Source: Cyanophyceae cyanobacterium
GTDB taxonomy: Bacteria; Cyanobacteriota; Cyanobacteriia; Cyanobacteriales; Laspinemataceae
Assembly: GCA_038321985.1 (NCBI GenBank)
Contig: JBBQFN010000001.1
Coordinates: 64,001-128,000, forward strand
DNA length: 64,000 nucleotides
Direction: 5' to 3'
Shown here: in pieces, positions 19,228 to 30,700 of the stretch
How the letters are laid out: each line of letters opens with the position of its first letter
Position numbering within the stretch: position 1 is the first letter of the stretch
Position numbers and translations under genes: made by a program
The notes under the pieces: model-generated
What the model was told of the DNA's origin: nothing
The model's input: the letters and a program-made list of their open reading frames with translations, nothing else
Databases searched by the model: none

Positions 19228-19863
19228 TTAGTTAGGAATATCCGGAATAGTGCCCGGATTATCTTGTTTGGCTAAATATTGACTTAATGCATAAGCCATA
19301 TCAGCCCGAGTCATCGGTTCTAAGGGATTGAGGGAGTCATTGCTTCCCACATTAACTAACTCTTCAAAAATGGCAGTGGCTAAGGCTTGTCTAGCCCAAT
19401 CAGGAGTTTGATAGCCATCCCGATAAGAAGTTAGAATTCGATTAACATCCCCATCGTTAATCATTAATACACCAAAGGCTTGGGCAAAAATAGCAAATCC
19501 TTCAGCACGACTGACGGGCTGATTAGGATGGAATTTTCCCGCTAAATCGCCTTTCATAATACCAGCTTTTAAGGCAATTTCAATATCCCGGTAGGCCCAA
19601 TGAGACGGCGGAACATCGGTAATAGATGGGCTGCTATTTGGGCCGGTTACTCGTTGCTCAAGTTTAAAGGTTTTGACCAAAATAGAGGCCAGTTCCGCCC
19701 GCACAACTCCCCGTTCCGGGTGAAATTCTCCGTCGGGATATTGGGTCATTAAACCCGCTTCAATGACCTCTTGAATCGGATTGATGGGTTGTTGTGCTCT
19801 TACGGATATAATCAGGCTTTGCAGCAGTAAAGTGACCGAAACCAGGGTTAAAAATTTTTTCAT
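19228..19863 (-). CDS. S-layer homology (SLH) domain protein, secreted
   Basis: Signal peptide from ATG 19863 (MKKFLTLVSVTLLL); SLH motifs DGEFHPERGVVRAE, DVPPSHWAY, FHPNQPVSRAE, PLEPMTRAD. Confidence 0.88.
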   Translation of the reverse strand: MKKFLTLVSVTLLLQSLIISVRAQQPINPIQEVIEAGLMTQYPDGEFHPERGVVRAELASILVKTFKLEQRVTGPNSSPSITDVPPSHWAYRDIEIALKAGIMKGDLAGKFHPNQPVSRAEGFAIFAQAFGVLMINDGDVNRILTSYRDGYQTPDWARQALATAIFEELVNVGSNDSLNPLEPMTRADMAYALSQYLAKQDNPGTIPDIPN

Positions 19864-20455
19864 AGGAGGTGGTATTGCTGGCGAAAATTTAGGGTGGATA
19901 GCGGTTTGTGGACAGATAAGGGTTCCTGGGTTTATAAAGTCTGGTGGGGGTAGCACCGATCGCTTTGTTTTGAGTCCCTCAACTCCCTCAAAGGCGCTAT
20001 GGTATAGAACTACAACCCGCGTTTAACCTCATAAGGATTTTCTGGGAACATTCGGCTGTTTAAGGCAACAATTCACATTATCCGATCGCTTCGGGCGCAA
20101 GGCAAGGGAGTCCCTTCTCTAGTCAGGGGCTTTCCTGAATAAAAAAATTTAGGTTCCGCTTGTACTATTTGAAAAAATAAGATACGATGTAGGCGAGAAA
20201 AAGCCACAAACTCCTTGAGCTTCCGTAAGAGGAAAACTGCTAGGTCCAATCTCCCCGCCTAAACGAAGGACACTCCGACGGTACAATCCGATCTCCACTA
20301 TATTAGGAATTCGTACCGGAACCCAGGCGTCCTCTTCTGCGTAATTTCACGTACACAGAAATTTCAGTAAAAATACTGAGTTAGATCAAGCGATTCCACC
20401 GATGATTTTTCAAGGGATGAGCAGCAGAATAGTAAACATAGAGTTCAGGTAAAAA

Positions 20456-20641
20456 ATGATGCAAGTTACGGCAACGGTTCGCGATATGTTCATCAATGCT
20501 TCTCTATCTCAGCAAATCAGCTTCCATGACTGGGTTTTATTAAATGCATTACCGGAGTCCAATCTGTCCCAAGAAGAAAGACGGATGATCAAGCGCTTAC
20601 TGCACAGCGTGAGACGCGGCTGGTTTAGAGTATTAAGTTAA
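20456..20641 (+). CDS. Small hypothetical protein (61 aa) of a cyanobacterial helical family
   Basis: LSQEERRMIKRLLHSVRRGWFRV C-terminus; long upstream region with palindromic sites; resembles 49060-49260. Confidence 0.65.
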   Translation: MMQVTATVRDMFINASLSQQISFHDWVLLNALPESNLSQEERRMIKRLLHSVRRGWFRVLS

Positions 20642-20722
20642 CCCAGATTGGACAGCAATTTCCTAAAGTCAAGTTTCACTAAAACCCGGGTTTTGTGTGA
20701 CAGATAACCTTAATCTCCCAGT

Positions 20723-22363
20723 TCACAATTTCCCAGAGAGTAAGGCTTCCAGTAAGCCGTCGAGTGTATATTCCTGGGCTTCTACATCGACTCGTCCGAG
20801 TAATTCATAACAGGCTTTTGAGGTTTGCGGACCAATCGAAGCAATCCGCACGTTGTTTAATAGACTTTGCCAAGGGCGATCGCCGCTACGAGATTTGCGA
20901 TCGAGTAACTGGCAGAAGTTTTTCACGGTTTTAGAACTGGCGAAGGTAATGATATCAATACGGCGCTGTTGCAGTGCATTCCAGGCTTCCGGCGCGATCG
21001 CCTCGGGACAACCCGATTCATAAGCGGCAACTTCTTCGACAATCGCACCTTGAGTTGTAAACTCGGCAACTAACACATCTCTACCCCCTGTTTCCACCCG
21101 GGGAAAGAGTATTTTTTGTCCCGCTACATCCTCGGGAAATTGTTCCACCAGAGAATCTGCTACAAACTCCGGGGGAATATAATCCGCCTGGAGACTTCGT
21201 TGTTGCAAGGTTGCAGCGGTTTTTTGGCCCACAACAGCAATTTTGAGTCCCGCCAGGATACGGGTATCTTTTCCCGTGGCGAGGAGGCGATCGCAGAAGT
21301 AATCAACGGCGTTGGCAGAAGTGAGAATTAACCAGTCAAATTCGGCAATCCGGGCGATCGCGCGATCGAGGGATTCCCAACTGGATGGGGGGAAAATTTC
21401 CAAGGCAGGCATTTCGATCACCATTGCACCTGCATCGGTTAGCATCTGGGTAAAGGTGCTAGATTGTCCTGCCGATCGCGTGACTAAAACAGTTTTTCCC
21501 CCTAAAGCGGAGGTAGGATTAGGGGACGAATCCGCCCAGTTAGATGGAGACATGGAGGTGGGGAAAGAGTCGGGAGAGGCTAGGTTATCTCCGGTTAGTT
21601 TACGACGGGAGGGGGACTCCGGAAGCAGATACTCGCGCAATTTGACCACTTCCCCAATCACAATCACTGCCGGAGAGAGGGATTCGCCTCGGGTGCGATC
21701 TCGGATATCGGCAAAGGTCCCCGTCCACACAAACTGGCGACTGGTGCCACAAGCGCGGATAATGGCGACTGGGGTTTGGGAGGATTTGCCCTTTTGCTGC
21801 AACTGCCGCAGGATTTCATCGAGTTGACGAGTTCCCATTAAAATAACTAGAGTCGGCATTTGCGCCAGGGTTTCCCAATCGAGGCGATCGCTATCATGTC
21901 CCGTCACCACCGTGAATGAGTGACTCATCACCGGATCCGTAAGGGGAATCCCAGCGAGTAAAGGTCCCGCTAAAGCCGAAGAAATCCCGGGGATGACTTG
22001 ATAGGCACATCCTGCCGCCTTCAACGCCTGGATTTCCTCCGTACAGCGCCCAAAAATAAAGGGGTCCCCACTTTTGAGACGGACCACCCGCTTAGACTGC
22101 TGACATTGTGCCACCAATAGGCGATCGATATCCGCTTGTTGCCAACTCGGTTGTCCACCGCGTTTGCCGACATAGATCCGCTGACATCCTGCGGGGGCCA
22201 GTTGTAGCAATGACTCATCAATCAGGGCATCATAGACGACTGCCTCGGCTTCCGCCAACAATTGCCTCGATCGCACCGTTAAATAGGCGGCATCCCCGGG
22301 TCCTGCACCCACCAAATAAACGATTCCCCCTGTTTCCATCGCGATTACCTGCCCTTTTGACAT
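20723..22363 (-). CDS. cobA: Uroporphyrinogen-III C-methyltransferase / uroporphyrinogen-III synthase fusion (CobA-HemD)
   Basis: VYLVGAGPGD, RLKSGDPFIFGR, IPGISSA; C-terminal VLVTRS, LILTSANAV, ITFASSKTV, SIGPQT (HemD). Confidence 0.93.
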   Translation of the reverse strand: MSKGQVIAMETGGIVYLVGAGPGDAAYLTVRSRQLLAEAEAVVYDALIDESLLQLAPAGCQRIYVGKRGGQPSWQQADIDRLLVAQCQQSKRVVRLKSGDPFIFGRCTEEIQALKAAGCAYQVIPGISSALAGPLLAGIPLTDPVMSHSFTVVTGHDSDRLDWETLAQMPTLVILMGTRQLDEILRQLQQKGKSSQTPVAIIRACGTSRQFVWTGTFADIRDRTRGESLSPAVIVIGEVVKLREYLLPESPSRRKLTGDNLASPDSFPTSMSPSNWADSSPNPTSALGGKTVLVTRSAGQSSTFTQMLTDAGAMVIEMPALEIFPPSSWESLDRAIARIAEFDWLILTSANAVDYFCDRLLATGKDTRILAGLKIAVVGQKTAATLQQRSLQADYIPPEFVADSLVEQFPEDVAGQKILFPRVETGGRDVLVAEFTTQGAIVEEVAAYESGCPEAIAPEAWNALQQRRIDIITFASSKTVKNFCQLLDRKSRSGDRPWQSLLNNVRIASIGPQTSKACYELLGRVDVEAQEYTLDGLLEALLSGKL

Positions 22364-22510
22364 CCTCAGACGGTATCTTACCCTGATTGGGGCTACACTA
22401 TGCCCATGCGATCGCCTCCTTTAACCTCAATTCTGCGATTAATCCTGAATAAATCCCACAGAATATAGTATTTTCGATCCGGAGTGCTTCACCGAAACCA
22501 ACCCCTAACC

Positions 22511-23326
22511 ATGTCAAACCCCCAACAAACCATCTCCCTACTTTGTCCAACTCGGGGACGTCCCGAACAAGCCCTGCGATTAGCTTTGAGCGTTTTAAAC
22601 ACGGCATCTCAACCCCAGCGTGTCGAACTCCTCTTTTATGTAGATGATGACGACTCCAAACAATCGGAGTATTTAGATATATTTAAAACCCATAAACCGG
22701 AATTGGACCGATTTCGACGCTGTGGGTTTTTATTCGCAGAGGCGATCGGAATTTCCAAAGCATGGAATGAACTCGCCAGTCGCTGCCAGGGTAATCTCTT
22801 AATTATGGCGGCTGATGACCAAACCTACAACGATTTTGGCTGGGATACTCGCCTTGACATCGAAACCCAGAAGTATCCCGATGAAATCTTTTGTATGTGG
22901 TTCAATGACGGACACTGGCAAGAAAAACTCTGTACCTTCCCCATTGTTTCCCGCAAATGGTGCGAAACATTAGGCTATTTTACCACGGGATTATTTGAAT
23001 GTCTTTATGATGATATGTGGATTTGGGAAGTTGCCAAACGAGTCGGGAGATTGCATTATATTCCGGATATTTTAACGGAACATTTACATTGGGGCTATGG
23101 CAAAGCAGAACTCGATGAAACCTATCTGCGCAAACAAGTCTATGCCGATAAAAAGTTAAAACCTGCCGTCTATCGAGATATGGACTTGTACTGTCGAACC
23201 GTTCCCTATCGCGAAACCGATGCAAAACGCATTGCAGCCGTGATGACAGGAGAAGTATTCCTCCACCCCGCCCAGTTAATGGTTCCCGGCAAATCCACCA
23301 TCTTCGATCGGCGAGACAAAGATTAA
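22511..23326 (+). CDS. Glycosyltransferase family 2-like (GT-A)
   Basis: ISLLCPTRGRP, FYVDDDD, KAWNELA, MAADD (DxD-like), LYDDMW, EHLHW; ATG at 22511. Confidence 0.8.
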   Translation: MSNPQQTISLLCPTRGRPEQALRLALSVLNTASQPQRVELLFYVDDDDSKQSEYLDIFKTHKPELDRFRRCGFLFAEAIGISKAWNELASRCQGNLLIMAADDQTYNDFGWDTRLDIETQKYPDEIFCMWFNDGHWQEKLCTFPIVSRKWCETLGYFTTGLFECLYDDMWIWEVAKRVGRLHYIPDILTEHLHWGYGKAELDETYLRKQVYADKKLKPAVYRDMDLYCRTVPYRETDAKRIAAVMTGEVFLHPAQLMVPGKSTIFDRRDKD

Positions 23327-23336
23327 TCTTTTCCAT

Positions 23337-23396
23337 GTTCGGTGTCACGACTTTAGTCGTTCTTATCTGGGTTTGTAGTAACGACTTTAGTCGTTA
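23337..23396. repeat. Two REP-like short palindromes (ACGACTTTAGTCGT core)
   Basis: GGTGTCACGACTTTAGTCGT and GTTTGTAGTAACGACTTTAGTCGTTA. Confidence 0.7.
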
Positions 23397-23460
23397 TCTT
23401 TCCCAATTCTGTACCACAACTTCAATTGTTCTCGTCTCCCAATTTACACCTGGTTTACCC

Positions 23461-23781
23461 ATGCAAAATATCTGTTCAGCCCTCTTACCCACCCTTCGGA
23501 CTTATTTCAAAACCCTGTATGGAGAAAAGCTCAAACAGTTAATTCTATACGGTTCCCAAGCCCGAGGAGATGCAAAGCCCGATTCAGATATTGATATTTT
23601 GGTCATTTTGGCCGATCCAGTGGATGCCTGGACAGAAATCGATCGCACCAGTCAATTTATCGCCGACTTGTGCTTAGAACATACCGTGGTAATTTCTACC
23701 GCTTTTGTTTCTTCCCATCGGTTTCAGCAAGAAAAAAGCCCTTTTTTCCTGAACGTTCATAAAGAAGGAGTGGCGCTTTGA
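23461..23781 (+). CDS. Minimal nucleotidyltransferase (MNT antitoxin of an MNT-HEPN module)
   Basis: LILYGSQARGDAKPDSDIDILV motif; ATG at 23461; C-terminal SPFFLNVHKEGVAL. Confidence 0.88.
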   Translation: MQNICSALLPTLRTYFKTLYGEKLKQLILYGSQARGDAKPDSDIDILVILADPVDAWTEIDRTSQFIADLCLEHTVVISTAFVSSHRFQQEKSPFFLNVHKEGVAL

Positions 23782-23816
23782 TACCTGAACAAATCGCTTT
23801 GCTTAGAAAAGCTCAA
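23778..23816 (+). pseudogene. 5' remnant of a HEPN-domain toxin gene
   Basis: TTGA start/stop overlap with MNT; reads MIPEQIALLRKAQ, like the first helix of MNT-partner HEPN proteins, then runs into the fkbM 3' end. Confidence 0.5.
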
Positions 23817-23829
23817 GGGGAAAACAGCA

Positions 23830-24669
23830 TTAAAGTTCATCAGTTAAGGCGAAAACTAGATTGAAGACATATTGAGAATTGTAATATTGATTTGGTAATA
23901 ATTTTACACAATGGGGGGACTCGTTTCGTAATAAATAGACGCTGTACCCGAGTGATGCCATGAACTCTCTTAACTGTTTTTCATGGATTCCCATTTTTTC
24001 TAAGGCGAAGCGATTAATTTCAGCAATGATATAGGGAACCTGATAAGTGGAAAGGGTTTGTAATGAACCTTGTAAAATCTGATATTCTGCCCCTTCTGCA
24101 TCTATTTTAATTAATTTTACCCCAGTTAATCCTTTATCTCGGAGGGTTTCATCTAGGGTTGTCATAGGTAGGGTGAAGGTTTGAGGGCGACTGCGGCTAA
24201 TTTGATTAAAGGAGTGCAACCCTACATCCCATAAGGCGTGTCCCCCATCATTATCGGAATTGTAGAAAAATTCCACGTCTTTAGTTTCTGAACCTAAGAC
24301 TCGCGGAATGACCTGCATTTGTGGGAACTGATTTAAGCTAATATGGTCTTGAATCCAATTAATATTGGTGTGATCGGGCTCTACACTAATGACTGTTCCG
24401 GTTTCACCGACTAGAATGGCGGCGAGTAGGGAGTAATATCCAATATGTGCGCCAATATCAATAAAGGTATCTCCTGGTTTCAATACCCGTTCTAAAAATT
24501 TAGACTCTTCGGGTTCGTAGAATTTACCCTGGGAAAAGTAATTCCACATGATTTTTTGGCTAAATTTCTCAATATCTAAATTTAGGTGCAATTTGTGATA
24601 GTGATTATTGAGTCTAACTAAAATACTAACGGGTTTTTTGGTGGGGGATTGGGGGAGGCTTTGAATCAT
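23830..24669 (-). CDS. FkbM family SAM-dependent methyltransferase
   Basis: FIDIGAHIGYYSL, VISVEP, TTLD, LIKIDAEGAEYQILQG. Confidence 0.92.
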   Translation of the reverse strand: MIQSLPQSPTKKPVSILVRLNNHYHKLHLNLDIEKFSQKIMWNYFSQGKFYEPEESKFLERVLKPGDTFIDIGAHIGYYSLLAAILVGETGTVISVEPDHTNINWIQDHISLNQFPQMQVIPRVLGSETKDVEFFYNSDNDGGHALWDVGLHSFNQISRSRPQTFTLPMTTLDETLRDKGLTGVKLIKIDAEGAEYQILQGSLQTLSTYQVPYIIAEINRFALEKMGIHEKQLREFMASLGYSVYLLRNESPHCVKLLPNQYYNSQYVFNLVFALTDEL

Positions 24670-24731
24670 GGTTTAAGGATGGGGGAGAAGGGTTAACAGG
24701 GTTTGGGAATTATTTCTAAATTGAAACCAAT

Positions 24732-27700
24732 TTAGAGGATTTCACTGAGAACATTTAGCAAGCGATACACTTGGTTTTCCCAGGTCCATTTTTGCATAAA
24801 TTGGGCAGCAGCACGTCCTCGTTGTTGGGCTCTTTCTCGATTTTGATAGAGGATTTCGAGAGTTTCTACGATTTCTTCAATATCGGATTCGCCCCATCCC
24901 TCGACGCCGGTAAAGTGGGGGGTAGATTGTACCGAATTTTGCATAGTTAAGGGATAACAATGACTGGGGTCAATTAAATCTAAATGTCCGGTATTGGCGG
25001 ATAAAATGGCGGGAATTCCACAAGCCATTGTTTCCATAGCGACGAGGTTGGTTCCTCCTTCGCAACGATTGGTAAAGAGGGCACAGTCGGCTTCGCGGAT
25101 AATTTGCGGCATCAGATAATTGGGAATAGCACCAATATCAATAAAGGAATCGGCATTTAATCCATTGGCAATCAACCATTCACCGATTTTCAAGCCTTTG
25201 TCGGTCCCGACTTGGGGCAGTCCTTTGACATGGCCCTTGGAGTCTAACCCTAGCATGAATTGGGGCCAAAAGTTATGCCATGCGGTTAAAAGTAAGGCTT
25301 CGGGATGACGTTGTTGAAAGGCTTTAAAGGCTGCAATTACAATATCTTGTCCTTTGCGATATTCTAATTTGCCGCCGCTGAAAATGACGAAGCGATCGCC
25401 AAATAAATTGGAGTGGGGGGCGGGATGAAATAAAGTGGGATCAATCCCTTGGGGTAATGCCTGTACTCTTGCTACTCCCTGACTTTTGAGGACCTCTGCA
25501 TTCCAAGTAGAACCGGCTACAATTAAAGTATATTCATTCGCCCGGTTCCGTTTTTCGGGGGTAAAATGAGTATCTTCAAAGAAGATTAAGCCGATATTCT
25601 GTTTGCCGCCGAGTTGTTGATTGGTAGCAAGACTGGTGAAGTTATTTCCGAGGGCATGAAGGACGGGAAAATCACACCAAATCGGTTTACCGGGGTTTTT
25701 ACTCCGCAATTGTTCTAAACTTTGATACCGATCGCAGGCAGGTTGCAGTTGCGATCGCACTAACGGATTCACAACCCCCGTGGTATCCGGTGGCAGCAAC
25801 AACATCGGCTGATATCCGGGGTTTTTTTGCAGTTGTAAGGTGAGATTGGTGCCGTAAATCCCCCACCCTGTCATCTGATTTAAGGGCCATGCAATGCCCA
25901 AGCGCAAGGGGTTCTGGGTGGGTTTTGGAACGGTGGGAACGGGTTCGGGGAGATTTCTCATTGCTAGGGGGGGGATGGATCTGGAGTTTACTCGATCGCG
26001 CAATGCGATCGCGATGCGATCGCCAACTTCTTGCCAGTCTCCCGGTTGAGTGTGGCGAAATAGGTGCATTGTCGGATACCACGGAGAATCGCTGCGATCG
26101 AGTAGCCAGCGCCAATCAGGGGTATAAGCGAGTAACAGCCAGGTGGGTTTACCCATTGCACCCGCTAAATGGGCGATGGAGGTATCTACGGTAATAATTA
26201 AGTCTAATTGGGCGACTGCCGTAGCGGTGTCTGCAAAATCATTCAGTTGGGGTCCTAAATCCTCAATGGGAAAGTTATTTTGGGGTAAGGTTTCGGCAGT
26301 TTTTCCTTTTTGAAGGCTATAAAATTGCACCCCAGGAACGGTTAAAAATTTCTGAAAATCACTTAACTGACAGGAACGCTTGCGATCGCTTTTGTGGTTG
26401 GGATTTCCTGCCCACACAATACCGACTTTCAACTGGTGGGATTTAAGGGAAAATTGCAGGGGATGAGGCGGGGTAATATAAGGAATTTCCGCTGGAATTG
26501 TAGTGAGAGTGGTCCGGAAAATTCGAGGTAAACTCATCACCGGAACCCAACTGTCAAAAGGTCCCAAGTCAGCTAGAGAGGAACTGACAGAATCAATAGC
26601 GGGGATGGTTTCTAACACTCTCACTAATGGGGGAGAAACCCAGGCGACTGCCCGGATTCCCCGTTGGACAATTAAGGTAGCATAACGGATAAATTGTAAG
26701 GTATCCCCTAAGCCTTGTTCTGCGTATAATAGCAGTGTCTTACCTGTGAGATCCGCCCCCTCCCAAATCGGTACTTCAAACGTAGGTAGGGCGGGATGAC
26801 CCTTGACGCGCCAACGCCATTCGTATTCGGCAAAGCCTCCTGGCAAGTCTCCGGAAATCAGGAGACTCATGGCGAGGTTGAAGTGAGTATCTGGAAAGTC
26901 GGGCTGGATTTGGAGGGCGTGGTGATAGGTGGCGATCGCAGTTTCGGTTTTGTGCTGTTCCTGAAAGGCAGTTCCCAAGTTAATATGGGCGGCGATATAC
27001 TGGGAATCGAGGGTGAGTGCCTGTTGAAAACAAGCAATCGCCTCGGCAATTCTTCCTTCCTGGAGTAACAGATTTCCTAGGGTATTGTGGGCTTCTGTAT
27101 GAGTAGGTTCCAGGGCAATCGCCTGCTGAATATGGGCGATCGCTTCCCCAAAATTTCCTAACTTGTATAGGGCGTTTCCTAGATGGTAATGGGCTTGGCT
27201 ATGATGGGAGTCAAGGGCGAGAACCTGGCGATAGTGGGCGACTGCTGCCTGAAAGTTCCCTTCGTCAAACAAGGCATTTCCCAGATTATAATGGGCGGGA
27301 AGAGACTGGGGATCGACGGCGATCGCTTGTGCTAAATAAGAGATAGCTTCGCTAGTTTTGCCCAAACTTCGCAGGGCTGCCCCGAGATTGATATAGGCAG
27401 GGAGATGACGAGAATCAGCAACGATCGCCTGCTTGTAATACCCTACTGCCGTGTTGATTTTTCCCCCTTGATGGGCGATCGCCCCTAACAGTTGCCAGCC
27501 TTGCACCTGATTGGGATAGTGGCGCAGCAACACCCGACACCGGCGTTGTGCTGCGCCATAATTGCCCGCCTCGTACTCCTGGCGGGCGAGGGCAAAATCG
27601 GGGCTATTTGTCGGGGGTTCCGGGAAGACAACTCGCGCCGCTAATACCTCGGCTAAACTCTCGGCTACGCGATCAAATACGCCTTGCCAGTCCCCGCGTT

Positions 27701-30700
27701 CCTGCTGGCGAAACAGGCGCATTGTTGGATACCAAGGGGAATCGCTGCGATCGCGCATCCACCGCCAATCTGGGGCATAGCTTAATGCTACCCAGACAGG
27801 TTTACCCAAGGCACCGGCTAAATGTGCGACAGAAGTATCTACCGTAATCACTAAGTCTAATTGAGCGATGATTGCCGCTGTATCCGCTACATCCCGCAAT
27901 TTTGGGGCTAAATCTTCAATCGGGAGATTTTCCTGGCGAATTCGGGATTCTTCCTTGCCTTTTTGCAGACTATACCACTTCACCCCGGGTATCTCTAACA
28001 AGGGTAGAAAATACCGCAAGGGACAGGAACGAGTGCGATCGCCTTTATGTTCCGGATTCCCCGCCCAAACGATACCGACTTTCAACCCCGGCGCATCTAG
28101 CCTAACGGGTGCAAGACGGGTAGGGCTTAGATAGGGAATGTTAGCCGGTAGGGTAGCTAAGGTAGTTCCCAGAATGTGAGGCAAGCTCAACAGGGGTATC
28201 CAAACATCAATCGGCCCCAATTTTGACCGAAATGCACTGACGCGGGCAATGCCCGGTACGCTTTCAAATAGGCTCACCAAGGGTTCTGTAACCAGGGCAA
28301 CGACTCGCCCCCCGCGTTGGGCAAGCAAGGCAGCATATCGGATAAATTGGATGCAGTCTCCCAATCCTTGCTCGGCATGAAGTAAGATTGTCTTACCTTG
28401 GAGATCGGAACCATCCCAAAACGGCGCGGGTATATTCGGTAAATCCGGTGCCGCTTTCACCCGCCAACGCCATTCATATTCCCGAAATCCCTGGCGTAAG
28501 TCACCCTGGATGAGTAAGGCAATCCCCCGGTTATTATGGGCTTCGGAGTAGTCAGGTTCTAGGCGCAGGGCGGTTTCGTAGCAGGCGATCGCCTCGAAGA
28601 CTCGTCCCATGTCTTGCAGGGCTAACCCTAAATTGTTGTATCCTTTGGCATAGTTTGGATCAAGGGCGACAGCCCGTTCAAAGTGAGCGATCACCTCCTC
28701 AATTCGTCCCAATTCTTGCCAAACCATACCCAAATTATTATACCCCTCCACATGGTTCGGCTGCAAGACGATCACCCGCTGAAAATGCGCGATCGCTGCT
28801 TCACATTTCCCCACTTCCCAGAGGGCATTTCCTAAGTTATAATGTAATCCTACTTCTTGCGGCGCGTAAGGTAATGCTTTTTGATAACAGGTGATTGCCT
28901 CTGCACATTTTCCCTGGGTTTTGAGGAGCATTCCCCAATTGGTTAACGCGATAGGGTGGTAAGGATTTGCTTCTAAAACTTGTCGATATAATCGTTCGGC
29001 TTTGGTTAAATTCCCCCCTTGATGGGCAGCAATTCCTTGCGCGATTTGGGAACTCACTTCCTGGGGTATCTTGACTGGACTTTCCGTCAATCCCAACTCT
29101 TCAATTAGAGCTTGTTTCACCCCCTCAAAAACACTCTGCCAATCTCCTGGCTTATTTTGGCGAAATAGGCGCACAGTCGGATACCAAGGGGAATCTACGC
29201 GATTCAGCAACCACCGCCAATCCGGTGCAAAGGGCAGCAAAACCCAAGCTGGTTTTCCTAAAGCCCCCGCCAAATGGGCGACTGCTGTATCAACGGTAAT
29301 CACTAAATCTAATTCGGCCATAAATTGAGCCGTATCCCCGAAATGATTCAACTGCGGGGATAAATCTTTAATCGGGATTGGGGGGTTTATCGAGTTTAAT
29401 TCTAACGAACCTTTTTGTAAACTATAAAATTTAATATCAGTAGTCTGTAAACTTTCTAATAATTGTAAAAAATAAGATAAAGGACAGGAACGTTTAATAG
29501 CCGTAGGATTATCCGAATTTGCTGCCCAAACAATCCCTATTTGGAACAATTTAGAATTGATTCGGTTGCTTGTCATCGTTGGCAGCAATCCACTCTTAAC
29601 AAGGGCTTGCTGGCTTTGTTCCTGTAGCCCCAGTCGGGAAGGATGCGGGGGATGCATCAAATAAGGGGTCTCACTGGGAATTTTGTCTAACGTTGTTCCC
29701 AAAATTCGAGGTAAACTCATCAACGGGGCATGAACGTCAAAAGCCGGTAAGGGTTGATCTCGCACAACTAGCTGATCCACCCCTTGGAGGTGTTCTAACA
29801 AGGGAAATAAGGGGGGATAACACTCCAGAATTACCCGCACGCCTTCGGCAGCGACAAGGGGTATATAACGGATAAATTGCAGGGTATCTCCGAGCCCTTG
29901 TTCACTATGGAGAAGAATCGTATGCCCGGTGAGAGGGGAACCGTCCCACAGGGGTTGCGTAAACGGGCGGGGCTTGCGATCGCCGAGTTGCCAACGCCAT
30001 TCATATTCGGTAAATCCGCGCCGGTAATCCCCGGATATCAATAAGGAGAGGGCGCGATTCCAATGGAAGTTAACCTTGTGGGGTTCGATCGCAATTGCCC
30101 GATCATAACAAGCGATTGCCTCCGCTAAATCCCCGGAATCGTGCAACGCTACCCCGAGGTTATAATGAAATTCCGCAGCCTCGGGACAGTGGGCGACGGC
30201 TTGCCGATAGTGAGCGATCGCCGCCTCTAACTCTCCCACATCTTTGAGGGCATTTCCCAGATTAGTATGAATTTGCACATCCCCCGGCTTTAACGCGACT
30301 GCCTGCTGATACTGGGCGATCGCCTCCGGAACCCGTCTCACTTCTAGGAGCAAATTCCCTAAATTATAGCGGGCATTGGTATAATGAGGGCGTAAAGAAA
30401 TCGCTTCCTGATAATGGGCGACTGCCTCTGACTCTTGTCCCTCCAGTTTCAGGATATTTGCCAAATTGTAATGCAATTCCGGTACATCCGGCTGCACCTT
30501 TAATCCCTGCTGATACCAATCGATTGCCCCTAAATTATCCCCCTGCTGGGCGGCGATCGTTCCCAACAAATGCAGGGCATGAATGTTACCCGGTTCCCGA
30601 TGTAGAATTTCCTGGCAGAGGCTTTGTGCGGCGGTAAAATTACTCGATTCGCACTGTTGTCGAGCCATTTCCAGGCATTGGGAAACCGAGAATTGTGAGT

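Noticed and set aside
20723..22363. CobA-HemD fusion as a novelty
   Set aside because: Known bifunctional architecture in cyanobacteria and other bacteria.
23335..23460. N-terminal extension of the MNT ORF in the track
   Set aside because: It reads through REP-like palindromes; ATG 23461 gives a normal-sized MNT.
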